Shown here: piece by piece, positions 13,201 through 24,700 of the stretch
How positions within the stretch are numbered: position 1 is the first letter of the stretch
Layout of the letters: each line of letters opens with the position of its first letter
Origin: Lama guanicoe
Taxonomy: Eukaryota
Assembly: GCA_013239625.1 (NCBI GenBank)
Contig: MU054187.1
Span: 8,714,358-8,759,500 of the forward strand
Direction: 5' to 3'
DNA length: 45,143 nucleotides
Translations under genes and position numbers: made by a program
The notes under the pieces: generated by a model
The model's input: only the letters and a program-made list of their open reading frames with translations
Database searches by the model: none
Told to the model about the DNA's origin: nothing

Positions 13201-13248
13201 ACACACACACACATACACACATACACACACACGCACACCAAACACACA
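13201..13248. repeat. Imperfect (CA)n microsatellite
   Basis: ACACACACACACATACACACATACACACACACGCACACC. Confidence 0.9.
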
Positions 13249-14149
13249 TGATAATCCTATGCCAGCTCACCAGTAAATTACACATGACTCTCGAAACAGA
13301 GAAAAACATTCACTTCAGAAAAGACGGCATATTTTTCCTATCACTTTGTGATTCCGTAGTAAGTGGATATGGTTTAGCTAGAATACTTGGACCAGAAAAT
13401 AAATGACTCCTGCTCATCCTGCGGGTGCCAACTACGTTCAAGCATGAGGGGCTGCTGGCCCGCGGTGCCGACATACAGCACCTTCGCAGGGAGGCCGAGG
13501 CCCTCATGCTCCAGCAGTACCAGACGGCGCTCCGATGAGGCGGGCTGCTTCTGGCAGGTGGTCGCACAGGAGGTAGTAAGTGGAAGCAGCTCAGCGTAAA
13601 TAGTTCCAGTGAAATACAAGAATAATATTCTGGCGTCCCCAGCTCATTTTCTCTCATTCATGACTCACAATAAACACATAGTCTGATGGGCAAATGGCTA
13701 AACGACCCCAAAGAAATGAAGATTCATCTCCAACCTCTAATGGAAACTTTCTGTTGACTCAGAAACCTTTTCCCCTCAAGTTAAGCAAAGTTTAAACAGA
13801 TATAATTCTCTCCTCATTGACCTTGGAAATCTGTCCCAGGTTGTTGGCCATTCTGGTCATCTCTTCTAGACCAGCTGCTGTCTTCCTAGCAAAGGGGATT
13901 TGGGGCATTCCATGGGTCAGAAGAAGGTAATGTGTTCTGGGCCATTTCTAATCCATGGAAAGCCCCAGGTGTATAAGATTGGACAGTCAACAAGAAAGAC
14001 AGGAAGACACAGAAGCAGAGACAAAGACAGTATCTGACCCGGGGGAAAAAAAATAATAAACTAAGATTCTAACACACCCATAGACAACTCACAAAAATGT
14101 AATAGCTCTAAGAATTAAAAAAATTTTTGATGAAGTTGAAAAATGTAAT

Positions 14150-14320
14150 CTCAGGGTTTTACTTTGGGAGAGGGAGATGAAAATTTGCAGAAGCTCTTTT
14201 CACATTTAAAATATGTCATTGAAATTTGGTGTTAGGTAAAAGAGGATTCTTTATACTATGCTCTCTAATTATACATAGGTTTGAAAATTCCCTCATGAAA
14301 ATTAGAATTTTTTTTAAATG
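14150..14320 (+). mobile_element. Old L1 (L1MC/ME) 3' end fragment
   Basis: TCTTTATACTATGCTCTCTAATTATACATAGGTTTGAAAATTCCCTCATGAAAA resembles the L1M terminal motif. Confidence 0.5.
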
Positions 14321-15349
14321 AAACAAATAAATATCAGATTAACAGGGATTCCTCATTCACTTACCATGTTTATAACTCTATTTCTATTGTTTCATTTTCC
14401 AGAAATATCCCTATTTCTACAAAGAGAATTACTAAGAGGTGATATCCCTTTATAAAGGAGAGGAAACAAATTTTTTTTTAATTAGAACAAAGAAAGTAAA
14501 GTTTCCAAGTTTAAACCTGTTCTAGTTTAAAAGGTCAGGATTTCAAGTTTGATTAAATTTTGCACTCCCCTGTTGCCCGATTTCTGTTCAGCCTAGACTA
14601 ATTACTTTCAGGACCTTGCTAACTGGGGGGACTAGCAAAGAGAATTTGTCATGTGCCTCATTTTTCTTAATATTTTCAATATTTATTGTTCAATTTTTTA
14701 AAAGTTATAGTAAATTAGATTAGTATTCACAAAAAGTCAACATGCAGTTCCCACAATTTAGCATCTCAAGGTCATCATTGACCCTCCAATCTTCAATAAG
14801 CCTTTTGAGATTATGTTCCTAAATTCCATCTGTAATTATAACTTGGCCATAGAAAAGTTTTTCTCCACAAGGATTCCAGGTAAATTGCTCTTTCTTGGCA
14901 TTCTTTGTGCCCATGAAATGAGGAAAGCTGAAGTAATTCCTCTTTTAAATTGAGATGCCCCTTGAGGTGACGAAATCTTAACAATGTGGGCATAGCAATC
15001 AGTGGGAAAAATAAATGACCAACATGGGATGTTAGTCTGAAAAGCTGGGAAAACATATTTCTATACACGCCTACAACTGAAATCGGATGCCAGACTTCCC
15101 AGGTGATGCCAGGGCTACATGGTCCTCAAGTACAGCGGGATGCTGCTGCCATCCGTCACTCTTAACTGAACATCACAGTGTCCCAAGGCTCCAGGACCTG
15201 AGACCCAGAGCCTAAAGTTGTTGGGATATTTATGCTACCTGCTCAGTGATAGTCCTCCCGGAGAAGCAGGTAATTGATAAGTGAATGAACTATTCAGGCA
15301 ATTAATGAAATACTCACACACATCAAACCCTGATTTAATAAAACCGTAT

Positions 15350-16018
15350 GACTTCTGAGGCTTCTCTGTTTGCCTGGCAATTTACATCCAGGATCCCATT
15401 GAATCCTAACAGCACTGTAAGCAGGTGTTCTTATCCCCATTTTACAAATGAGGAACTGGGACACAGACTAACTTATTCACCAACTTGTTCAAAGTCATAA
15501 GTAGCAGAAACCAGGATTCAAACTTAGGAGTAGTAAATGCTGCTGGTGCCTGGCTGGTATCCTCTTAACCTGATCATTGACTTCCAACTTCCAATCTACA
15601 GCTGCATTTCTTTTCCTGGTGATTTCTCCTCCCTCTGTTCCCTGCTTTGCCAGCTCTTGAGTTCAGCCAGAATTGCCTGGGAAGTAACTCCCCTTTGGAG
15701 CAGCGCTCAGCCAATGACTGATGGAGTTCGGTGTACAAATACCCCAGCTCTCTCACTCCTCCAGGGAAATAACACTGGCTCCCCCATTTTCCTAATGGGT
15801 TCAAACTTGTTCCCCATCATGATAACCTACTTGATGGTGTACCCTTCACTGGCCACCTTTACTGTCCAAAATTGTCCCCCCATCATCTCCACCCTGGGGT
15901 TTCCTGGGATCACCCTGCAAACAAACCACTTGTCTCAGCATCTCCTTCAGAACTAACCTAAACAAAACACAAGGTCTGTCTGATTTAAACCCTTACGATG
16001 CTTTCACTCTTCCATGCC
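15350..16018 (-). mobile_element. MIR SINE split by an LTR16C insertion
   Basis: ATCCCCATTTTACAAATGAGGAACTG...CCAGGATTCAAACTTAGG, then resumes after the LTR as CAAGGTCTGTCTGATT. Confidence 0.8.
15529..15969 (+). mobile_element. LTR16C-like ERVL solo LTR
   Basis: CTCAGCCAATGACTGATGGAGTTCGGTGTACAAATACCCCAGCTC and TTCCTGGGATCACCCTGCAAACAAACCACTTG; ends AAAACA. Degenerate 5-bp TSD TTAGG/CAAGG. Confidence 0.85.
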
Positions 16019-16689
16019 AGGGCCACGGCAATTCAGGAGAGAGACAAATGTCCAGGATCTGACGTCACATTAATAATAAGGAAAATCGGGTGTTTAATAA
16101 ACACACATCAGTCTTTCTCACTGGATAGGAGGAGGCTTAGTGCGGCAGCTTGATCAGTCACACCTTTTGCCTCCCATCACCACTGGGTCCAAAGTATGTG
16201 TCACTCTTTTTATTCCCAAAGTTGATCATACACAGCTGGGTGGGGCGGAGATGGGCATCCCTTTTCCTCCTTGACCATTTCTAGGCCTCTTACTGCTGGC
16301 CTGCGTACTTTATCAGGGAGGCCGTTGTGCCCAGGGGTTAGAGGGCATTCCTTCATTCCAGGAATGTGACTACTTAGGCCTCCCTGTTAGACCTCTAGAT
16401 TAGGGACTCAATAAATACGTCTTAGAGCTGAATATGACATGGAAGCTGAGATGCATCAGAGATGACGTGGAAGCAACAGAAAGCATTAGAGCTGTAGCAG
16501 CCTCATAGAGCAGACACTGAGAGCCCTTCGCCCAAAGGGGAGTCTAGGTCAGGCTAGCTCTTCAGGCTGAACTTGGTGAATTTAACTGTGCACTTACTTT
16601 GTGCTCCCGATCGTGTTCAGCCTTGAAGACTCAGAGGAGGGCATTACACAGACTCTGGCTCTTGGAGCCTGAATTCCATTGGCGGAGGC

Positions 16690-16900
16690 AGATTACGAGC
16701 CAACATTGTTGGGAGTACACCGTCAAAGTACAGGAGTAGTGAAGTATCCAAAGTGCTGTGTGATGGGTAGAGGGTGGGAAGCATTCTGTGTGGGGTTTTA
16801 AAGATAGCAGAAAGGTTTGGAAGGCTTCACACAAGGTAACAGTTGAGCTGGATTTTGAAAGTGTAAAAAGGAATTTATCAGTAGAAAAGATGAAATAGTG
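16690..16900 (-). mobile_element. L2 fragment
   Basis: GGAAGGCTTCACACAAGGTAACAGTTGAGCTGGATTTTGAAAG is a typical antisense L2 motif. Confidence 0.55.
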
Positions 16901-17039
16901 TGAATAGTTTTGGGGAGAGAAGTTTGATCTTGGCTCTAGACAGGAAAAAATAATTTCCTCTTAAAAGTCAGATGCTTAGAGATATACAGTTATAAAATAT
17001 TAAAATTATACATTCTTACCTTGGAATGCTGGGGAAAAA

Positions 17040-17275
17040 CAATAGCTAATAATTCTATAGCATTTACTCTGACAGATTCTGTTCTATATGTTTTACATTT
17101 AAGAAGTCATTAAATTTTCTCACACCAACCTTATGTAATAAATATTACAATATCATTACAGATGGAAAATTAAAGGTACAGAGAGGTTAAGGACATTACC
17201 CAAAGTCACACAGCTATTAAGTAAAGCCAAGTAATCTGGTATTAGAGTCTTTGCTCTTAACGAGTATACCATAAT
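17040..17275 (-). mobile_element. MIR SINE
   Basis: TTACAGATGGAAAATTAAAGGTACAGAGAGGTTAAG...CCCAAAGTCACACAGCTA. Confidence 0.85.
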
Positions 17276-17427
17276 GCCCTTAGCAGTAAAGGTGAATTAG
17301 GACTAAGAGTTAGAAATGACTATAGAAACTTGAAATAGGTAATAACCAAAGAGAGTAGTATTTTATGTAAAATTTCTCTCTTACATCTGATTTATACTCT
17401 CATATGGCCCCCCAGTACAGTCCCTTG

Positions 17428-17695
17428 AAGGCAGTATGGTGCATGGTTAATAGAATTCTGGCATCAGCCCAATGAGGACTTGGGTCCCCAGCAGCTTTGC
17501 TGCATACTTCCTCAGGGGCCTGGGTCCCATTTCACATCTTCCAGAGACACCCACCTCTCCATCTGTCAACTAAGGAGAAGAGCAGTCCCCATCCCATCAG
17601 GATGTTTTGAGAAGTAAATGTACTAATGTATGTGCTGAACTTAGTGCAGTATCTTGCTCATAGTAAGTGAAAAATAAATGTTAGCCATTTATAGT
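17428..17695 (+). mobile_element. MIR SINE
   Basis: GCAGTATGGTGCATGGTTAA...CCATCTGTCAA...CATAGTAAGTG...AATAAATGTTAGCCATT. Confidence 0.8.
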
Positions 17696-18098
17696 AGTTG
17701 CAAATTTTAATAACTTTTATTGTTTATTTTACAAAGCTGATGAAATGGGCTGCACAAGAGTAAACCTAGAATAAGAGAATGCCAGGGAAGTAACAGAGGA
17801 TTGTGGTTGGAGGTGTAAACCCTCCTCTTGGGGAGTAGCAGCAGTAGCACATCTTCCAGGTGGTACCATGATGTTTTGTCAAGGTGAGTCAGCAAAGGAT
17901 GGACCCCCATATTTACTAATAATCAAGGGGTCTGGTGTCTATAAATCCCAGTGATTGGGACCAGAGAGCAGCACAGCGAGTGGGTCAGTCTTCTCTTTAA
18001 ATGGCTACCGGTAGGGACCATCACTGACACAGATTTTTTTTTCTCTTTCTAAGCAAAGTTTGTTTTTTAATAACATACTGATAGAGTCATACGATTAC

Positions 18099-18760
18099 TG
18101 TATAATAAAGAATGTGTTCCTGGGAGGTTCCCCTCTAAGTCTTTGGCATTTCCCTAGTGATAGGAGTACCTGTTATTCATGATGGGCCGGGGTAGTTTAT
18201 GTTAATGAGGTGACTCAGAACGAGGGCTGGCTATGTCAGAAAGACCAGCCATGTGGTTGGAGAGGTTGGCTTTGAGCCACATGGTATCAGCCCAATCTCC
18301 GGGAGAGGAGGGGAGATGGAGTTTCAGGTCAACCACAAGGCGAAGGATTCAATCAGTTATGTCAGCATAAAGAGACATCAAATAAAAACTCTGGACACTG
18401 AAACTCAGGTGAGTTTCCTGGTTGGTGACACACACTGATGTGCTGGGAGGAAGGCACACCTTGAGGCCATGAAAGCTTCATGTTTGAGGTGCTGCCTGAC
18501 TTTACCTTATGGGTCTCTTCTTTTGACCAGTCTGGCTTTATACCCTTTGTAATCCTGAGTTCTTGACTTCCGTGGGTTGTTCTAGTGAATGTTCAAACCA
18601 GAGATGGTACTGGAAACACACAAATTTGTAGCTAGTTAGTCTGAAGTGTGAGTGGCCTGGGGACCCCTGAACTTGCAGCAGGTGTCTGCAGTGGGAGGAC
18701 TTCTGCGCTGGACCTGGGAAGTTTGCCCTTCACTCTGGGTAGTTGGCACCAGAGTTGCAT
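18099..18760 (+). mobile_element. MER21-like solo LTR
   Basis: TGATAGGAGT...GTTATTCAT, AGTTTATGTTAATGAGGTGACT, CAGAAAGACCAGCCATGTG, AATAAAAACTCTGGACAC, TTCCTGGTTGGTG, GTTCTAGTGAA are MER21B-type motifs in order. Confidence 0.85.
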
Positions 18761-20710
18761 GGCCATGGTCAAGCTGAGAAATAAGGATGAAATGATTACT
18801 AGAAGTAAGACATTATACTCCAGCAGGAAAAGCTGTAGAAAAGTGAGGTGCCATTTTAAAGGAACCTAAAATCAAAAGAACCGTGCGGTTTTTAAGAAGC
18901 ATATTTACAAAAGCTTTTTACTTTAACCTGGAACTGCTTGCTCACCTTTATTCATATTTTTGTGGCTCGTGCTTACAGTCGGTGCCTGTTGAAGGACATG
19001 CAGGCATCTGTGGGCACTTGAGGTTGTCAATTAACTAAGCCATCAAATAAGGTGATTTTGTCCGGACAAAAATACCACTGCGGTAAGACTTACTTGTTTG
19101 CCTTCTCTCGGCTCAGTGCCTAACTTGGTTTAAATTGTGCAGGAAGATGCCAGGTGTTTAAGATAACCACTGGTTATCATAAATGCTTTTATTCGATCAT
19201 TGATTCATCAGACACACATACACTGACAACCTACTACGTACCCAGCACAGGGCAAGAGAGTGAAAAGAACACAACACTTGGCCTCCAAAGTCTCCTGAAG
19301 CCTGCTTGCTGGCTCTGTGACCTTCAGCAAAGCATCTGCCTTTCTGTCAGACAGGGGCATCGGACTAGATCACATTATTGGGGTTATTTTTATAATCCAA
19401 AAATCCCGTCCAATTCTAAACGCTACTGATTCCTTGAGTCAGCCTGCACTTCCTGGGAGACTGAAGCGTGAGGCCCCTGTTCCTCACTGTGTGTTTGCCA
19501 ACTCTCTCGTGAATCTTCCCTCCTCTCCTTCTCAAAGCCCCCTCCTAGCTCCATAAATCTGCATACGAAAGGACCAGACAGCTGCAGCTCTCAACAGCTT
19601 TGGTTTTCATCACTGCCTGTGTCATCCTGCTTGCTGAAGCTGCTTTTTAAAGGGGCTAAGCCTCCTTTAAACAATTCTAAATATTTTTGAAGTTATAAAC
19701 CAGAACATAACAAGCTTACAAGTAGATAAAACAGTAGGGTTTTTCTGCAGGTGGTTAAACTAACTAGAGGACTTCTCTGTGGGAGCTGTTCTGTGATGTG
19801 GGCTGATCAGAGGGGACCAGAGGAACATGGGAGGAGTTAGGATCACGTTAGGCAGTAAGAGAAGCATCATCCATCCATCCAGGAAGCAGGAGAAAGGGAG
19901 AGAAGCTCGCCGTAAGCGAGGACATCCTGCCTGCAACCCACTCTGCTAGGTGCTCTATTTATATCAATTTAAATTTCCAGGCACAACCGAAAAAGAGTCA
20001 TAGCTGTTGTGAGAAATGGTACTCAAACTGAAAGGACATCACTGCCAGAACAGCAAAGACGACTTCTGGTCTTGCTAAACAGAAGTCAAAGGCAGAGAAA
20101 TAGACATTCACACACTCACGTCCTGCCACTCCCTGTTACGATTCTTTTCCTGCAAGCCTTACTCCCATATCCCGTCTTAAATTACATCACTGATTTAGAG
20201 ATAATGAATTGTTCTGTGGCAGCTCAGGTAAGCACACAGCACCAAAATTTTTTTTTAATACCAACAGAAGAAAAAACAGCTAGCAAAATATAGCAGTATG
20301 GTAATTTAATAATGAGATTTACATTTCAAAGCCTAAAATCCCGTGGTCCAACAATGAGCAATGTCTTTGACATGACCTTGAGAAGCCACTGCCAAAGACT
20401 CACCCATGCAACTTTTATACCTCTGCCCCCTCCAACTGCTCTAAATAAATGGCATTTCCCTTTGTGATGGTAAAATCAAAACACCTCTATGCACTGGCAC
20501 TTTGAATTTTTGACCCCAATATACTGTGATGTCTGGCCCCTTGTTGATACCTCATTTTCACTTTTTAGTCTTTTGGTTTTCATCATGTTGTAATTCTCAC
20601 TGACCTATTTCCTAAAAGAGCAGGGCCATGGCCCAAGAAATGGTGTCCTTGGAAAAGAAAAGAAAAAGATGTAGAACTTAGAGCTTTAAAGACTGATCAA
20701 AGTCAGACTC

Positions 20711-21405
20711 TGTTCACAGGAAAATAAGTTACGTAGTCAGTCACTTCTATGCTTCGCTTGTATTGCTAGAGCAGGCAGATAGCTACATATGAGCAGAGAA
20801 AGGGGGACACAGATCAAATGGGGGGGATTGGGCAGAAAGGAGGGGCACAGGCCAAATGCAGGAAACCACACATCATGTAAGCACCAGGGGTCCCTGGGCA
20901 GAGAAAGAAAAGAGGAAACCTTTGGGCTGGTAAGTGGAGGAAGAGTGGCCTGGAGACCGACAAAGAAAGGTGACACAGGAATTTCCAGTGTCTGAATGTA
21001 ACCTTTTGCTCATTAGGTCCTCATTTCAATAAAATTAGCCTTGCAGATTAGAAGTCCCCATCATGCAGGAACGCCATGACACTTCCGATCCAGACTAAAC
21101 AATGACAAAAATCCCTCCTCCCTTTGGGAAGGTGGAGTTGGGAAGATAATAGGGGAATACAACCCCAAACCCTTCCCTCTCCAGTGAATATTCAGCCAAT
21201 TCATTTTTACACCCTTTGTAACTAATTTGCCAAAGAAACTCAGGGCAGCTGCTCAACTGAGCCTGCCCACTCTCCCCTTGAGAGTGTACTACCCATCCTT
21301 TAATAAAACCTCACTTTACTTTTTTTTAACGTCTTGTCTCTGAATTCTTTCTGGGATGGGACAAGAACCTGGAACACCGGTTACGTCCACCTGCAAAAGT
21401 ATAAC
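20711..21405 (+). mobile_element. ERV1-like solo LTR, probably lineage-specific
   Basis: R/U5-like end TTGAGAGTGTACT...TTAATAAAACCTCAC...TGAATTCTTTCTGGGATGGGACAAGAACCTGG. 5' boundary and TSD not resolved. Confidence 0.7.
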
Positions 21406-21494
21406 AGAGACCCAAGAATTTAGATTCCTAAAGGGTACAGGCTGCATGTTTGCTGTCATCATTTCATGAATGAACATTCTGTGGAATAAGACCT

Positions 21495-21785
21495 GTAAGA
21501 CAGTAGAAAAAGTATAATCTTTGGAATCTGGAAGGCTGGATTTTAGTGCCAGCTCATCTACTTAAAATTTGTGTATCCTCGGGAAAATGAGCTGACCTCA
21601 GCTTTCCTCATCTGTTAAAAAAGGAGGAGAAGGAAGGAGGAAAAGGAAAGAGGAAAAAAATAAGACAAGGAAGGCAGAAGTGAAAAAAGTAGACAGGAAC
21701 TCAGAATACCTACTTCACAGGGTGGTAGTGAGAGTTATAGAATATGTTTGAAAGCCATATATTCAATGCAAAGTGTTGTATAAAT
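21495..21785 (+). mobile_element. MIRb SINE with an internal purine-rich tract (~21620-21690)
   Basis: CTTTGGAATCTGGAAGGCTGGATTTTAGTGCCAGCTC...CCTCAGCTTTCCTCATCTGT...ATACCTACTTCACAGGGTGGTAGTGAG. Confidence 0.8.
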
Positions 21786-24700
21786 ACAGTATGGTTTATA
21801 AAAATGATACTTTAAATAGTGTTAAAGTTCTCTGCCTATGGAAAAAAAAATATCCAAGACACGAGCTATGCTTGCTAGAATGCTGAACAAAAGCATCACC
21901 TTGAGATACAGTGCGGAATCCACATCCCAGGACAACTGCCGTTTGCCCTTGCAGGGTGGCAGTGTAGGTCTGGCTTTCTAGGACATTCAGCTCAAACTCA
22001 CCCCCTCCAAAGAATACGTCTTTTTTCATTAGCACCTTTCACAGATTACAGACTTCTAGGTTTGACTTTCCACTGGCTATGTTTTTCCCTGCAGCCTGAC
22101 GTCCTGCCCAGGTTAGGATGCTAGGCATCAGATTGTACACTCAGTCCAGTCCTGCTGACAACAGCCCTGAACTGAAATAGTCCATGGGGGCTGAGGGGTG
22201 CTTGTCTCACTGCACAGTGGAGCTGTTAGTTCTGGTTTGGTGTTTGGTAAAGAGACCACGAAACAGGACATGGAGTCTTGCAATAAAGAGGAACAAATGG
22301 AAGTAATTAGGAAAGAACACCTGTCGGTGAGAAATCGCAACCTCTACGTTTGGCCATAGCCAGCCATTGCTCCCAATTGTTATTCACAAGAATGGAGAGC
22401 CTCTGGACTGTGAATGCAAGCAATGATGGACGGCAGTAAAATTCGCAAATGAGTTTTCACATTATCTAATAAAATTCTATGACTTTGTCAATCTGTGTTG
22501 ACACAGACCTACACAGGACTCGATGATAAAATGTTGTAATGGGAAGCTAATTGTTTCCTTGGGTTTATGTGTTTGTCTTTTATTTCTCTGGTTCTAGATG
22601 CAAATTCTGGATTTCTTAGAAGTGACCGTGAGGATGGGAGTCATTCTGAGTCACCAGCAGTCAAATATCCTATTGCTCAAAACATCTAAAGCCAGACAGG
22701 ATGGGCAGCAAGATAAAGCCCCAACACACAGATCTGAATTTAGGGTTCTGTGGGGTCAGGGCTGCCTCAGATATGGCTCAGAGCTGTGTATTTTAAGTAA
22801 ACTTATTTTAAAAGGTGGATACATTCATGTAAGTTATAGATTAGGGATTGTTTTCTATCTCTGCTAAAGATGTCATCTTGAAAAGGAGTAAGAAAGAGTA
22901 TTTTATAGTCTAAACTTAGCCTCAGAAGATATCACTTTAAAAGTGTAATTCAATTCACATGTAACTTGGAAGGTATAAGCTGGAAAAGAGAAACGGAATG
23001 AGAGTGAGAATTCACAAAAGAAGATAGTTTTTACTTCATGTTTATTTGATTTTACATGCTCAGCACAAAACATCGCTGAACAAACAAATAATTGTGGAAG
23101 GAATGGAGGGAAGTGGGGAAGGAACTCAGGTTGTGTATGAACACGGAAACTATACGTGGTAAAAACAAATTTTTTTTAGTTTATTACTCTACTCCCATTG
23201 GCTAGAAAAGGACAAGCATATAATAAGTGTTTAATAAATATTTCTTGAATAAACAAATAAAAACTCAGCATATCAAAATTTGTCTTGTTGGGTTCATCAA
23301 GGTGTTTGCCTAAGTCATTATTTTTAATTCAGCTTCAAAAGACACAGAATTGACAACTCTCTTATACATCTATTGAAAGTCTCACAAGCACAGACGCAGG
23401 GATACAATACAACTTACCTAGTCATTTTCTATGTTAAAGGTGACAAGGCAGGAACATTATCTCCTAGAGTGACCACCAAATGATACTGCTTACTAGGTAT
23501 GTATATGCCATACTTCACTTGGGAAACCCGTTTATTGGTCTCTGTTCCATTTCTCTGAGATAGTAATTAAGGGTTAATTATGCTTGCTTCTTGCCTGTCT
23601 TGTAAAGAGTTATGGAATTTAAAGCTAGTAGCATATTTTGGATTGTTGGAAATAGACTAACATGATAATTATTTTCAAAATAAAAATTGAAAGATTGAGA
23701 GAAAAATCACACTCTAGAACACCATGGCATCTGAGAATCAGATTTCACAGGGACTTAAATCTCATTAGCATCAGTTTTCAAAGCATTTCAGCCAATGGAA
23801 CCGTAGTTCACAAATAAATATAAATCAAGTGTGGAAGCCAAAAGTACTTCCAATCTTACATGCTCCTTTTGTGCCAAAATGTATTCAAAATCAAAGTATA
23901 AATCTGTGGGATAGTTAAGTCTTTCTTAACTTCATAGACCCCAGGTTCTTGAGTAAATTAAACATATTGTAAGACAGAAGACTATTTTGTGTAGGGTTTT
24001 CACAAAGATTTTTTTTAAACGTTTGACAATTAAGATAATAAAAAACATACGACAAATTATCTTAAGTAAAAATAAATGTGATAATACTATATCAAGACAT
24101 GAATGTATATGACAGATATAGTATATAATTTACACGGTGGCTGGAATTTATAACTGTGAAAATTTGGGAAATTTACACACAGACTCTCATTAAGGGAGGT
24201 TAAGTGATGACAGGTTCTTGGAAAGAAAGAACTGGCAGAGGTCCTCAACCCAGTCCCCTTTCAGATTATAAAAGACAATGAGTTGCCCCTGATCAAAGAG
24301 GAAAAGAAGATCTCTTGACTTCATTCAGAACGTTTAGACAAATCCTTCAGCGCTCCTGAGGACCTCTCTTTGTGGGTTCCTTTCCAGTTTCAGATAAGCA
24401 CTAAGTTATGCAGAAGGGGAAAAATCTACATTCACTGTGTTGACTTGGAAGACAGTTGTTATATGACTGCTCACAAAAGATGGGTCAGGAATGTGAAAAG
24501 GGTCCAACCTGGTCATGGTAGGGGCTGACCCACACCAAAACTGCCCGGGTTGTAAGTCCAACAGCATTTGCCTGGCGTCTACTGTTTGGCAACCCTGACA
24601 TTGAATCCAATGCTCAGCAGAAAACGATGTTACTCTTTGTTGCTATCCAGAGAGAGTCCAGGATGAAGATACACATTCTCACCACTTGAAAGAGCACCTC

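Noticed and set aside
15537..15956. Longest listed ORF (139 aa)
   Set aside because: Lies wholly inside the LTR16C-like LTR, with no protein similarity I recognise.
16060..16067. Perfect CRE TGACGTCA
   Set aside because: A single isolated 8-mer with no promoter context.
17020..17028. 9-nt minus-strand microexon (TTTTTCCCCAG|CATTCCAAG|GTAAGA)
   Set aside because: Sites look good, but the branch-point region would fall in the adjacent MIR tail. Chance occurrence is plausible and there is no other support.
18979..19082. 104-nt plus-strand exon candidate
   Set aside because: Stops in all three frames and nothing beyond the splice motifs supports it.
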